Part shown: positions 14,805 to 23,631 of the stretch, piece after piece | Layout: every line of letters starts with the position of its first letter | Position numbering within the stretch: position 1 is the first letter of the stretch | Assembly: GCA_002395065.1 (NCBI GenBank) | Contig: DGVS01000005.1 | Location: 394-64,393 of the forward strand | Direction: 5' to 3' | DNA from: Bacillales bacterium UBA4278 | GTDB lineage: Bacteria; Bacillota_I; Bacilli_A; RFN20; CAG-826 | Length of the DNA stretch: 64,000 bases | Made by a program: the position numbers and the translations under genes | Notes under the pieces: generated by a model | Databases searched by the model: none | What the model was told of the DNA's origin: nothing | The model's input: the letters and a program-made list of their open reading frames with translations, nothing else

Positions 14805-17800
14805 ATGAAACCAAAAATGAAAAAAGCCCTTAAACGTGCAGCCATCATTTCTACCGGCGTATTAGCATTTGCTGGTACATTCATTGGTGGTTACATGGTT
14901 ACCCCAAACCGTACAAAGTACATTGATGTTTCAGTCGACACACCTGAACCAACAGCCTTTGGTCAATTTGTCACAAGAATTACCAAAGACATCGGTTTAG
15001 ACGAAGATGATACTGCACCAAAGTATTTACACGCAGAATTCGATGATTTTGAAATGACATACAAAATGTCAAGCGATGCCACCTTCACAAACCATATTGG
15101 TTTGAATGGTAACATTGACTTTAGAATGTCCGCTCTTTCAATTAGCGGAGTCGAATTCAACGTTGATGCTGTGGCTGACTATAACGGCAAACAACTTCCG
15201 TTAACTTTAGGTCGTTTCCATGATGATCTTTATTTTGGATTAAAAGACATGAAGTTAAAAATGACCGATTTCAAAGGCGACAAGATTGTTGATGAATATT
15301 GGTACGCTTTTGCTGTTTACGCCAATATGGATTTACCAAAATTCATGCGTGGAATTGGTAACTTTGTTGAAAATCAAGTCACCCCATTAATTGATGGTTT
15401 AATTAACGGATCAGCTGCTGAAGAAGAACCATCTAATGCCAAAGGCATTGAAGATGTTGATGCTGGTGGTTTTGACTTCTCCTCACTTTTAAGTAGTGGA
15501 CCAAAAGAAGAACATATCGGAAACGAATGGCGCTTCACTTTAGGAGAAGAAGGCGGAGATTTCTGCATCAAGATTACCACCGATGAAGACTTTGTCTTAA
15601 AGTATGTTGATTTAGGAACTATCGCGTTTGGCGATATCACAATCAGCGGTGGAATCAGTATTGATTTAGAAAACTACGAAGACTTTGTTTCCCCAGCAAG
15701 CGGAAACGATTATGTTGAAGTCTTTAACTACACCGGTATCACAAACAAACTCTTCTCCATTTTAAGAGAAGATGGCAAACATCAACGTTTTGGATTTGAA
15801 TTTGCTCTAGATCTCGACGGAAAAGACGCTAAGAAACACGACATTGATATTGCTAAGATTGAAGGTTCAGTCAACGTTGACTTTGATAAGTTGCTTGATT
15901 TAAGTCAATACATTATCGACTCTGAACCTCAAGAAGACCCACAAGTTTTAAAACTTGACGATGCTCTTAATGACGTTGGATTCAATTTGCAGGTTGATCT
16001 TATCGGTCAAAACGATATCGAATATGCTAACTTTGACCTCGGCTTTGCCGAAGGAAGTGGTTATGTTCGTTTTAACGAAGATCCAGTCAAAGAGAAAGCT
16101 GTCATGAAGTTAAAAATGGACACTGAAACCACAAATCGAATCGTGGAGATGATTCCAGATATGATTGAATCAACTAGTGGTGAAGAAAGCACCGATTCTC
16201 TTGAAACTTTAAAGAGTTTCTTAACTGATGAACTCGTTGAATGTGTTGATAAAGGTGATTTCTCCTTTGTTTTAGATATTCTTGAAACACTTGAAAATGA
16301 CGATGAAGGAATTCGCGTCGGTTTAAATCTTAATAAGTTAGGTATTGGTGAAAACGCCCGTGTTGATATCAATATTAAAAACGATTCAAATATTGCTGAT
16401 ATTGAGGATGTTTTTGGAACCTCGCCAACATTAGAAGAAGTCGAGGCAATCCTTAATGATGATCAATCTTTAATTAACATTAGTGAATTCTCCATTGATG
16501 CTTCAAATATCTCCTTTGGAGATTACACCGCCAATGTGAGTGCTAATACCGCTCCATTTAGCGAACTCAGTCTTGGAAACAAGGCTGAATATCAATCTGT
16601 GAAATTTATTCCAGATGTTATTGACCAAGTCAGTGACTTTATCCAAACCAAGAAAACCGGATTTAGTGTCACTGGTTCCATGAAAGATAGTGCTGGTTTA
16701 GGCACCGAATTCCGTGGTGAAGGTCAATTAGACAATAACGATGAAGTTAAACGTGGTTATGGAACAATGCACATTGATGAATATAAATATCACTCAAATA
16801 AAGTTTGGGCTACCCATGACATGGCGGTTGATATTGCTAACGTTGCAAGTAATATTGTTCCAGCATATGAACAAAACGGCGTTACTTATAAACGTCAAAA
16901 CAACAACCAAGCCTTATTTGTCTATGGTGATCCAAATGCCGCAAATATTAAAGGTAAATTACGTTTACAAACATTTAGCGATATTTTGGACATCGTTAAA
17001 ACATTTGTAAATGACTATGGTAATCAACCAAAATTCACCAAGTTCCTTGGACCAATTATGGAACTAATGGGCTTTGGTACAATCGGTGACATTATTAATA
17101 GTAAAGACTATGTTAGATTAGCAAGTAATGAACTTCTTAAAGAAGTTTCCGTTATTGATAATGGTGCCAAATTACACATTGTTATTTCCAAAGTCATGCT
17201 TGGTTTGCCAAGCGATATTACAATCGAAGTTGCCTTTAATGGCAATAATGATTCTGGAAATCAAACATTAAAATCTTTAGATGTTGTTAATTTTGCTATG
17301 GGTAGTGGAGATGATGCTAAATTACTCAACTTCCATTTCCAACTTGAAGATTATGATGAAAATTATCAATCCGTCATTAATCGTGCCAATGTTGCTAATG
17401 AAAAATATATGAACCTTGACGGTATCAAAGTCTTATTGGACTTAGGTATCAACACAACTAAACCAAACTACTGGCACTTAAAAGCAAGCGCCAATGTTAA
17501 TGCTTTAAAAAAGGTCTTGAATATTGATTTAACAGATATTGATTTCTACATCTATGTTGATGGCGAAAAAGCCAAAGTTTATGGTAAATTCGGTTCAGTC
17601 CCAGTCAGTGGTCTTTACACTGAAGACGTGCTCGTTTCTGGTGACAAGATTATGTCATCTGAAATGACATTTGAAACATTTAACGATGAAAACCATAACG
17701 GTGTCAGTGGAATGTTTAATATTCAAAGAACATTAAAAGACCCAAAATACAGAACAACTTGGTCTGGTGGCTTAAAACGTTACTATTATTACGATAACAC

Positions 17801-18395
17801 AACCTATCATTATCGTTCAGAAAGTAAGAACTTCCTTGATGATATTGCCACATATCTTTTAGGTGGTGTGATAGGCATTAAATCAAGTTATCTTGAATCC
17901 AAATTACTTGGAAGCGCAACTTCAAGTAGTTCTGAAAAAGAAGCTGGAGACTTTACGAACACCTTTACATCCACAGGTTTTAACTGCGGACGTGAAAACT
18001 ATGACGGTGTCGAATCCACAGTCATCCGTTTAGGTCTTAACCTTAACGAATTAACTGGCATCTCTGCATTAAGAGAAGTTGAAGCAACAATCGTTTCTAA
18101 AGAAGTGACCTATACACATAACGGCGAAGAAAAGACCATGGATATCCTTGGTAAATTAGTTGCTTCACTCCGTGTCCACTTCATTGCTGATATTAATGTT
18201 TCATTTACAGCAACAGTAAATGATGCTGAACTTGATGAGGATAAAGCACTTGAAAAGTGGAATACAAACGGACAATCCCGTTTGACGGCGTTAAGTGGTA
18301 ACATTAATGGCAAAGCCATTAGTGCATCACAAAATAGCAGCTACTTCAATAACGCTAAAAATCCATACACTTATAGTTGGGAAGAACCACGCTAA
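14805..18395 (+). CDS. Giant (1196 aa) N-terminally anchored extracytoplasmic protein, unknown function
   Basis: Uninterrupted ORF with an RBS AAGGAGG upstream and a 2-nt gap to the preceding gene. One N-terminal TM (AAIISTGVLAFAGTFIGGYMV). The remainder is acidic, Asn/Gly-rich and dominated by beta-strand-like alternating patterns. No catalytic motif recognised. Confidence 0.7.
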   Translation: MKPKMKKALKRAAIISTGVLAFAGTFIGGYMVTPNRTKYIDVSVDTPEPTAFGQFVTRITKDIGLDEDDTAPKYLHAEFDDFEMTYKMSSDATFTNHIGLNGNIDFRMSALSISGVEFNVDAVADYNGKQLPLTLGRFHDDLYFGLKDMKLKMTDFKGDKIVDEYWYAFAVYANMDLPKFMRGIGNFVENQVTPLIDGLINGSAAEEEPSNAKGIEDVDAGGFDFSSLLSSGPKEEHIGNEWRFTLGEEGGDFCIKITTDEDFVLKYVDLGTIAFGDITISGGISIDLENYEDFVSPASGNDYVEVFNYTGITNKLFSILREDGKHQRFGFEFALDLDGKDAKKHDIDIAKIEGSVNVDFDKLLDLSQYIIDSEPQEDPQVLKLDDALNDVGFNLQVDLIGQNDIEYANFDLGFAEGSGYVRFNEDPVKEKAVMKLKMDTETTNRIVEMIPDMIESTSGEESTDSLETLKSFLTDELVECVDKGDFSFVLDILETLENDDEGIRVGLNLNKLGIGENARVDINIKNDSNIADIEDVFGTSPTLEEVEAILNDDQSLINISEFSIDASNISFGDYTANVSANTAPFSELSLGNKAEYQSVKFIPDVIDQVSDFIQTKKTGFSVTGSMKDSAGLGTEFRGEGQLDNNDEVKRGYGTMHIDEYKYHSNKVWATHDMAVDIANVASNIVPAYEQNGVTYKRQNNNQALFVYGDPNAANIKGKLRLQTFSDILDIVKTFVNDYGNQPKFTKFLGPIMELMGFGTIGDIINSKDYVRLASNELLKEVSVIDNGAKLHIVISKVMLGLPSDITIEVAFNGNNDSGNQTLKSLDVVNFAMGSGDDAKLLNFHFQLEDYDENYQSVINRANVANEKYMNLDGIKVLLDLGINTTKPNYWHLKASANVNALKKVLNIDLTDIDFYIYVDGEKAKVYGKFGSVPVSGLYTEDVLVSGDKIMSSEMTFETFNDENHNGVSGMFNIQRTLKDPKYRTTWSGGLKRYYYYDNTTYHYRSESKNFLDDIATYLLGGVIGIKSSYLESKLLGSATSSSSEKEAGDFTNTFTSTGFNCGRENYDGVESTVIRLGLNLNELTGISALREVEATIVSKEVTYTHNGEEKTMDILGKLVASLRVHFIADINVSFTATVNDAELDEDKALEKWNTNGQSRLTALSGNINGKAISASQNSSYFNNAKNPYTYSWEEPR

Positions 18396-18402
18396 TTAGT
18401 TT

Positions 18403-19110
18403 ATGAGAAAACAAGTTTTCTTCTGGTTATCAGTTTCCTTCTTCGCTGTGTTTGTCCTATGGACAATCTTGGTGAAAGTCGTTGATGTGGAAACAATTTA
18501 TAACGGCACTAAGCTTGGCTTTTATCATCTCAATTATAAGTTTGGTGATTTGGTTACCGAATTTGGTAAATATGAATTCATGAGAGTCGTCTCCGACATT
18601 CTTCTTTATATATCATTAGGATACACATTGATCCTTGTCGTAGTCGCTCTCATCCAACTCATCAAATACAAATCGCTCAAGAAGGTGAATCCGATCTTCT
18701 ATTTCCTAGCTGGAGCGTATATTCTCATCGCAATACTTTATGTATTCTTTGAGCTTGTGCATATTAATTACTCTCCAGATAGTGTGGCTGGAAGCTTAAA
18801 AGCTTCCTACCCATCAACCCACGTTTTCGTGGGAGGATCACTCTTCTTACTGAACAGTTATGTTCTTCTGAAATTCTTATGGGTGAAAGATGATTTATTT
18901 AAAACATTAATTCATCTATCAACCGTTGTTCTCACCTGTTTAATTGTCCTGACCAGACTCTTAGCAGTGAAACATTGGCTAACCGATATTATCGGTGCAG
19001 TCATTCTAACTTGTAGCGTCTATTTCCTCTTTATTGGGATGTGCCGTTGGCTCATTCCAACAGAGGTCAAAGACGAGTACATTGAACTCAAAAATGAAGA
19101 CGAGGAATAA
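18403..19110 (+). CDS. PAP2-superfamily (type 2 phosphatidic acid / lipid phosphatase) membrane protein
   Basis: PSTH matches the PSGH motif. TRLLAVKHWLTD matches (S/T)R-x5-H-x3-D. About 6 TM helices. The gene starts 7 nt after the giant ORF. Confidence 0.7.
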   Translation: MRKQVFFWLSVSFFAVFVLWTILVKVVDVETIYNGTKLGFYHLNYKFGDLVTEFGKYEFMRVVSDILLYISLGYTLILVVVALIQLIKYKSLKKVNPIFYFLAGAYILIAILYVFFELVHINYSPDSVAGSLKASYPSTHVFVGGSLFLLNSYVLLKFLWVKDDLFKTLIHLSTVVLTCLIVLTRLLAVKHWLTDIIGAVILTCSVYFLFIGMCRWLIPTEVKDEYIELKNEDEE

Positions 19111-19130
19111 ATCCTTGTCTAAATCTCAAA

Positions 19131-19153
19131 GAGGCTCAATTTGAGCCTTTTTT
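19131..19153 (+). terminator. Rho-independent terminator of the giant-protein/PAP2 operon
   Basis: GGCTCA-att-TGAGCC followed by TTTTTT. Confidence 0.7.
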
Positions 19154-19224
19154 ATATGTTTTTATTGATATCAATCTTTGATTGCTTTAAAGTAATTACG
19201 CTTAAAATGAAAGGAAAGAAAGAA

Positions 19225-19734
19225 ATGAGTGAAAAGAATAAAACATTAGTCAGTGGAATCTTCTTCATTGTCATGGGTATCTTAATCGCTATCTTTGGTG
19301 GTCAAGCTGTCCTTGATGTTTACTTTGGAATCGTTTCACTAGTCGCTGGTCTTTGCTTAGTTGCTATGGGTATCTATGCAATGAGCAAGAAGCAACCTCT
19401 TCCAGGATCAACCTTAGTCTTAGGATGTGTCCTTTTAGCCGTTGGCGTCACCTTATTTACCGACTTCTTATCCGTTGGAGTTTTAATTAACTTCCTCGTT
19501 GTCGTTGTCTTAGGCGCCGGTGCAGGAATCTTAACTTATGGAATCTATCTTTTAGTTAAGAAACAAACCGTTCCAGGTTTAATGAATTTAGTCCTCGGAT
19601 TAGTCGCGATTGTTGTTTCTGTTCTTTACATTGCTGTCCCAGATTTCCGTAGTATTTTCTGGATCATTGTCGGTGTTTTAATCGCCGTTTATGGTCTTGT
19701 TGAATTTATCTACGGAATTAAAGAAGGCAAGTAA
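19225..19734 (+). CDS. Hypothetical membrane protein (DUF308/HdeD-like repeated TM pattern)
   Basis: The track ORF starts at a TTG at 19141, but that stretch contains the upstream terminator. The ATG at 19225 follows AAAGGAAAG (an alternative ATG lies at 19207). About 6 TM helices. Confidence 0.55.
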   Translation: MSEKNKTLVSGIFFIVMGILIAIFGGQAVLDVYFGIVSLVAGLCLVAMGIYAMSKKQPLPGSTLVLGCVLLAVGVTLFTDFLSVGVLINFLVVVVLGAGAGILTYGIYLLVKKQTVPGLMNLVLGLVAIVVSVLYIAVPDFRSIFWIIVGVLIAVYGLVEFIYGIKEGK

Positions 19735-19760
19735 TTAGAATATTAATTAACAAAGAAAAC

Positions 19761-19790
19761 AGTCGGGCGTGTAAATCGCTCGACTTTTTC
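19761..19790 (+). terminator. Rho-independent terminator
   Basis: GTCGGGCG-tgtaaat-CGCTCGAC (one G-T wobble pair) followed by TTTTT. Confidence 0.6.
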
Positions 19791-19860
19791 TTATCTAAAA
19801 TATTAGGGTTTTGCAATGGATTTACCAGCAATTCCTGGTTAATTTGGAATCTTAGGCAAC

Positions 19861-19896
19861 AAAAAAACGCATCGCCATTGATGCGTTATTTTTTTC
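19861..19896. terminator. Bidirectional terminator
   Basis: AACGCATC-gccatt-GATGCGTT flanked by an A7 run on the 5' side and a T-rich run on the 3' side. It lies just downstream of the minus-strand gene ending at 19907. Confidence 0.65.
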
Positions 19897-19906
19897 AATT
19901 TGTTTC

Positions 19907-20338
19907 TTATTTGGATTCCTTTTTACCAAGGAAGGAGAGGACTGTCATTAAGCAAAGGACAGCACCTGCAACGATCACAAGGACAGAAGTTGCAGTCATT
20001 GAACCAGTGACGGTTAACACGGCAACATCTTGAGCATGTTTTGGAGCAAGAATCATGAACACTCCAGAGGCGATCAGTAATACCGATCCGACTGGAAGAA
20101 CGAACTTGCGGAACTTGGTTGGAATTAAGCAGAAGACCAAGACAACTGAGCCAACAACAAGAAGAATGAAACTTAATAAAGCAAAGACATTGCTTCCACG
20201 TTCGAAGACTAATTGATAATAGTTACCAAAATTCGAACCATCAACACGAGTTGCAGCTGTTTGAGCAGCAATGCCAAACGCGATTGCAACTAGAATCACA
20301 CTAACAAGAGAGAGAATTGGTAATAAAATTTTGCGCAT
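19907..20338 (-). CDS. Hypothetical 4-TM membrane protein
   Basis: 143 aa with four hydrophobic helices. Confidence 0.6.
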   Translation of the reverse strand: MRKILLPILSLVSVILVAIAFGIAAQTAATRVDGSNFGNYYQLVFERGSNVFALLSFILLVVGSVVLVFCLIPTKFRKFVLPVGSVLLIASGVFMILAPKHAQDVAVLTVTGSMTATSVLVIVAGAVLCLMTVLSFLGKKESK

Positions 20339-20469
20339 AATTTTAATTATCCTTTCTTAGAAAGCACGTAAATTATATGTAAAAGTCGCATTCTTTGCAA
20401 CATATTTACAATATATTAGTAAATTATTCAGTTTTGTCTTACAATAGGTAGCATTGAGGTAAATAAAGT

Positions 20470-21372
20470 ATGCAACTAGTTATTCTTGCTGCCGGAATGG
20501 GTTCCCGTTTCGGCGGATTAAAACAAATGGAAAAAATGGATGAAGCGGGTAACTTTTTACTCGATTACTCCGTTCATGACGCTAAATTAGCTGGTTTCAC
20601 ATCAGTTATTTTCGTGATTAAGAAAGCCTTTTATCAAGCTTTTAAAGACACAATTGGCAAAAGAGTCGAAAAGATTATTGAAACTCACTACGCCTTCCAA
20701 GAAATGGATGATCTTCCAAAAGGATATAAATTTCCAGAAGGAAGAGAAAAACCATGGGGAACCGCCCACGCGATTTATGCTGCTCGTGATTTAATTAAAG
20801 AAGATTTTATTATTATCAATGGTGACGACTACTATGGACAACAAACCTACCAAGTCGCTGCTAATTATCTAAGAGGATTAAAATCTAATAAAGAAGGACA
20901 ATACGTTAACGTTGCTTTTAAAGTCGCTAACACGATGACTGAAAACGGATCCGTTAAACGCGGTGTCTGCTTCTATGATAAAGATTTATATCTAACGAAG
21001 ATGATTGAATCATCTGTGGAAAGAAACGCTAAAGGTGAAGTCGAATGCACACCTCTTGATGGAGGAGACTCCTTCATTGTCCCAGATGATCAATTAGTTT
21101 CGATGAATCTTTTTGCTTTTAGCAAAGACATCATCAAACGTTTAGAGGAACGCTTCCCAGCTTGGCTTGATAAACATGGTCAAACTCTTAAAGATGAATG
21201 GCTCATCCCATCCGTTGTTTCTGAACTTGTTGAAGAAGGTAAAGCATCGTTAAAACTCTTATCCACACCAGACGTTTGGTTTGGTGTCACTTATAAAGAA
21301 GATAAGGATTTTGTTGTTGCTTCTTTAAAGAAACTTGTGGAGAAAGGTTTATACAAAAAAGGCCTCTATTAA
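20470..21372 (+). CDS. Sugar-phosphate nucleotidyltransferase family protein
   Basis: N-terminal LVILAAGMGSRFGG.K (the NTP_transferase G-loop), ..PWGTAHA.., and ..INGDDYYG. Confidence 0.75.
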   Translation: MQLVILAAGMGSRFGGLKQMEKMDEAGNFLLDYSVHDAKLAGFTSVIFVIKKAFYQAFKDTIGKRVEKIIETHYAFQEMDDLPKGYKFPEGREKPWGTAHAIYAARDLIKEDFIIINGDDYYGQQTYQVAANYLRGLKSNKEGQYVNVAFKVANTMTENGSVKRGVCFYDKDLYLTKMIESSVERNAKGEVECTPLDGGDSFIVPDDQLVSMNLFAFSKDIIKRLEERFPAWLDKHGQTLKDEWLIPSVVSELVEEGKASLKLLSTPDVWFGVTYKEDKDFVVASLKKLVEKGLYKKGLY

Positions 21373-21413
21373 TAAATAATAGTTGCAACTTCGTTTGTAT
21401 TTGATATTATTAT

Positions 21414-21470
21414 GTTGCTCACTTAGGTGAGTAACTCTTGTTGTTAAGAGTGCCGATTGGCACTCTTTAA
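21414..21470 (+). promoter_or_regulatory. Structured leader of the rimP-nusA operon containing a weak terminator-like hairpin
   Basis: Promoter TTGCAA (21383-21388)-16-TATTAT. Hairpin GTTGCTCAC..GTGAGTAAC at 21414-21435. Hairpin AAGAGTGCC-gatt-GGCACTCTT at 21446-21467 is followed by an interrupted T tract (taatttatt). ACTCTT (21434-21439) can alternatively pair with AAGAGT (21446-21451). Confidence 0.4.
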
Positions 21471-21489
21471 TTTATTAAAGGGGTTAGCA

Positions 21490-21951
21490 ATGACTATTGA
21501 AAAACGTGTTTTAGAACTAATCAAGGGGCCAATTCTTGCCTTAGGTTATAGCGATGTAGCTGTCACTTATAAGAAAGAAATGGGAACGTTTTATTTACGC
21601 GTGATGATTGATAAGGAAGAAGTGATCTCCCTAGAAGAAATCATCGCCGTAAACGATCTAGTTAGTCCACTTCTAGACAAAGCCGATTTAATCCAAAACG
21701 AATATGTTTTAGATGTCACTTCGTTTGGAGCAGAAAAACCAATTAAGGTTGAATGCTTAGAAAAATACGTTGGAAAGTATGTTCATTTGCATCTTTCTCA
21801 CCCTTGTAAGGGTGAAAACATTCTTGAAGGAGATCTCGATGAAGTTAACTCTGATATCGTTAAACTCTCCTTCAGAGTGAAAACTCGTCTGGTTAAAGTC
21901 GAAATCCCACGAAAGGATATCGACGATGCTAGACTAGCAATTAAATTTTAA
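21490..21951 (+). CDS. rimP: Ribosome maturation factor RimP
   Basis: Position upstream of nusA and typical size. The ATG at 21490 is preceded by AAAGGGG. The track ORF start at 21457 overlaps the leader hairpin. Confidence 0.85.
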   Translation: MTIEKRVLELIKGPILALGYSDVAVTYKKEMGTFYLRVMIDKEEVISLEEIIAVNDLVSPLLDKADLIQNEYVLDVTSFGAEKPIKVECLEKYVGKYVHLHLSHPCKGENILEGDLDEVNSDIVKLSFRVKTRLVKVEIPRKDIDDARLAIKF

Positions 21952-21983
21952 TTTAATGCATTTGTTATAAAGGAGAATAAACA

Positions 21984-23594
21984 ATGGATGCAACAAAATT
22001 CTTAGAAGCTCTCGATGAACTCGAAGCCCAAAAGGGAATCTCGAAACAATCAATTATTGATGCCCTTAAAGAATCACTCCGTAAAGCCTATGCCAAACAA
22101 TTAGGTGGTGGAGATGATGCGGATATTCGTGTTGAAATTACCGAAGATCCAGCCGCAATCAAAATGGAACTTGTCAAGAAAGTCGTCAAAGAAGTCGAAG
22201 ATGACTACCTTGAAATTTCCGAAGAAGATGCGAAGAAATTAAATAAGAAACTAAAAGCAGGTGATGAATATCACGAAGAAGTAAACGTCGATGATTTAAA
22301 ACGTTTAACTGCTTTAATCGTCAAATCTGTCTTAAGACAGAAACTTGCCGAAGCTGAAAAACTTGCTTTATATGAATCACATAAAGATAAAGTCGGTGAA
22401 ATGATTACTGGTATTGTTGAAAAATGTGATGATCGCGGAGCGATTGTTAACATTGGTCGTACCTCAATGTATCTTTCCCGCCGTGAACTCATTGGTGATG
22501 AAATGTTCAATATTGGCGATCCAATTCGCTTATATGTGAGCCAAGTTTCAACATCCGAAAAAGGACCAATGGTTCGTGTCTCACGTAGTGATGCTGGCTA
22601 TTTACGTCGTCTTTTTGAAGAAGAAGTTAGTGAAATCTATAACGGAACAGTTATTATCAAAAACCTTGTTCGTGAAGCCGGAATCCGTGCTAAAGTTGCT
22701 GTTTACAGCAACGACCCAAATGTTGACTGTGTTGGTGCCTGTATTGGCGTCAATGGTTCAGCTATTCAAAAAATTGTCGCTCAACTCGGCAATAGCCGCG
22801 ATAAAGAAAAGATCGACATCATTTCTTATTCTCCAAATGATGCCCTCTTCATTATCGACGCTCTTCGCCCAGCAAGCGTGACATACGTTTATTTAAATGA
22901 AGAAGAAAAACAAGCTATTGCAATTGTCCCGCAAGGACAACTCTCTTTAGCCATTGGCCGTAAAGGTGCCAATGCTCGTTTAGCTTGTAAACTTACTGGC
23001 TGGAACATTGATATTAAAGAAGAACACGAAATGGCTGATCTTGGAGTTGAATTTAAATCACTCGAGAAGATTAACGAAGAAGAAAAAGTTCGTTCTCAAA
23101 AAGAAAAATACGAGAAGTATCTCGCCCAAGTCAAAGCTGCTCGTCAACAAGAAGCTTCTCTTGAAGCTGGCGAAGAAAAAGCCAAACCAAGACAAATTCT
23201 TGATGAAGAAGTCGCTACAGAAAAACCAGTTGAACAACCAAAGGTTGTTGAACCTGTTGAAGAAACACCTATTGTTAAAGAAACAGTGGTTCGTACCACA
23301 ACCACTCTTGAATCCTTAGAAGCCGAGCTTGATAAGGAGCAAAAGAAAGAGGCTTTCAAAGCTACTCAAAAGACATCTAAACGTCCACGTAAGATTACTG
23401 AAGACGAAGTCGAACATGAGAAGGCTGAAGAAGTTAAACCAGTGGAAAAGAAACCACAAATGTCTATTTATACCGAAGAGGAATTGGCTCGTATGGAGGA
23501 AGAAGATGAATTCTTTGAAGACGATTATGTCGACGACGAAGAAGAAATCGATTACGACGAATACGACCAATACTATGACGACGACGATAAATAA
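21984..23594 (+). CDS. nusA: Transcription termination/antitermination factor NusA with a long low-complexity C-terminal extension
   Basis: N-terminal domain, S1 (GEMITGIVEKCDDRGAIVNIG) and two KH domains (..GACIGVNGSAIQ.. and ..AIGRKGANARLA..). These are followed by ~185 aa of K/E-rich then D/E/Y-rich tail. Confidence 0.95.
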   Translation: MDATKFLEALDELEAQKGISKQSIIDALKESLRKAYAKQLGGGDDADIRVEITEDPAAIKMELVKKVVKEVEDDYLEISEEDAKKLNKKLKAGDEYHEEVNVDDLKRLTALIVKSVLRQKLAEAEKLALYESHKDKVGEMITGIVEKCDDRGAIVNIGRTSMYLSRRELIGDEMFNIGDPIRLYVSQVSTSEKGPMVRVSRSDAGYLRRLFEEEVSEIYNGTVIIKNLVREAGIRAKVAVYSNDPNVDCVGACIGVNGSAIQKIVAQLGNSRDKEKIDIISYSPNDALFIIDALRPASVTYVYLNEEEKQAIAIVPQGQLSLAIGRKGANARLACKLTGWNIDIKEEHEMADLGVEFKSLEKINEEEKVRSQKEKYEKYLAQVKAARQQEASLEAGEEKAKPRQILDEEVATEKPVEQPKVVEPVEETPIVKETVVRTTTTLESLEAELDKEQKKEAFKATQKTSKRPRKITEDEVEHEKAEEVKPVEKKPQMSIYTEEELARMEEEDEFFEDDYVDDEEEIDYDEYDQYYDDDDK

Positions 23595-23631
23595 TATCGT
23601 GTAGTCACATTCGGAAAGGAGGAAGTTAGAT

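Noticed and set aside
19141-19224. TTG-initiated N-terminal extension of the 197-aa membrane protein
   Set aside because: The extension begins inside the upstream operon terminator (19131-19153). An internal ATG with an RBS-like AAAGGAAAG is more plausible.
23008-23604. Several 70-103 aa ORFs in other frames and strands across the nusA tail
   Set aside because: They arise from the GAA/AAA/GAT-rich low-complexity sequence of the NusA C-terminal extension. The translations are poly-K/L/S nonsense.
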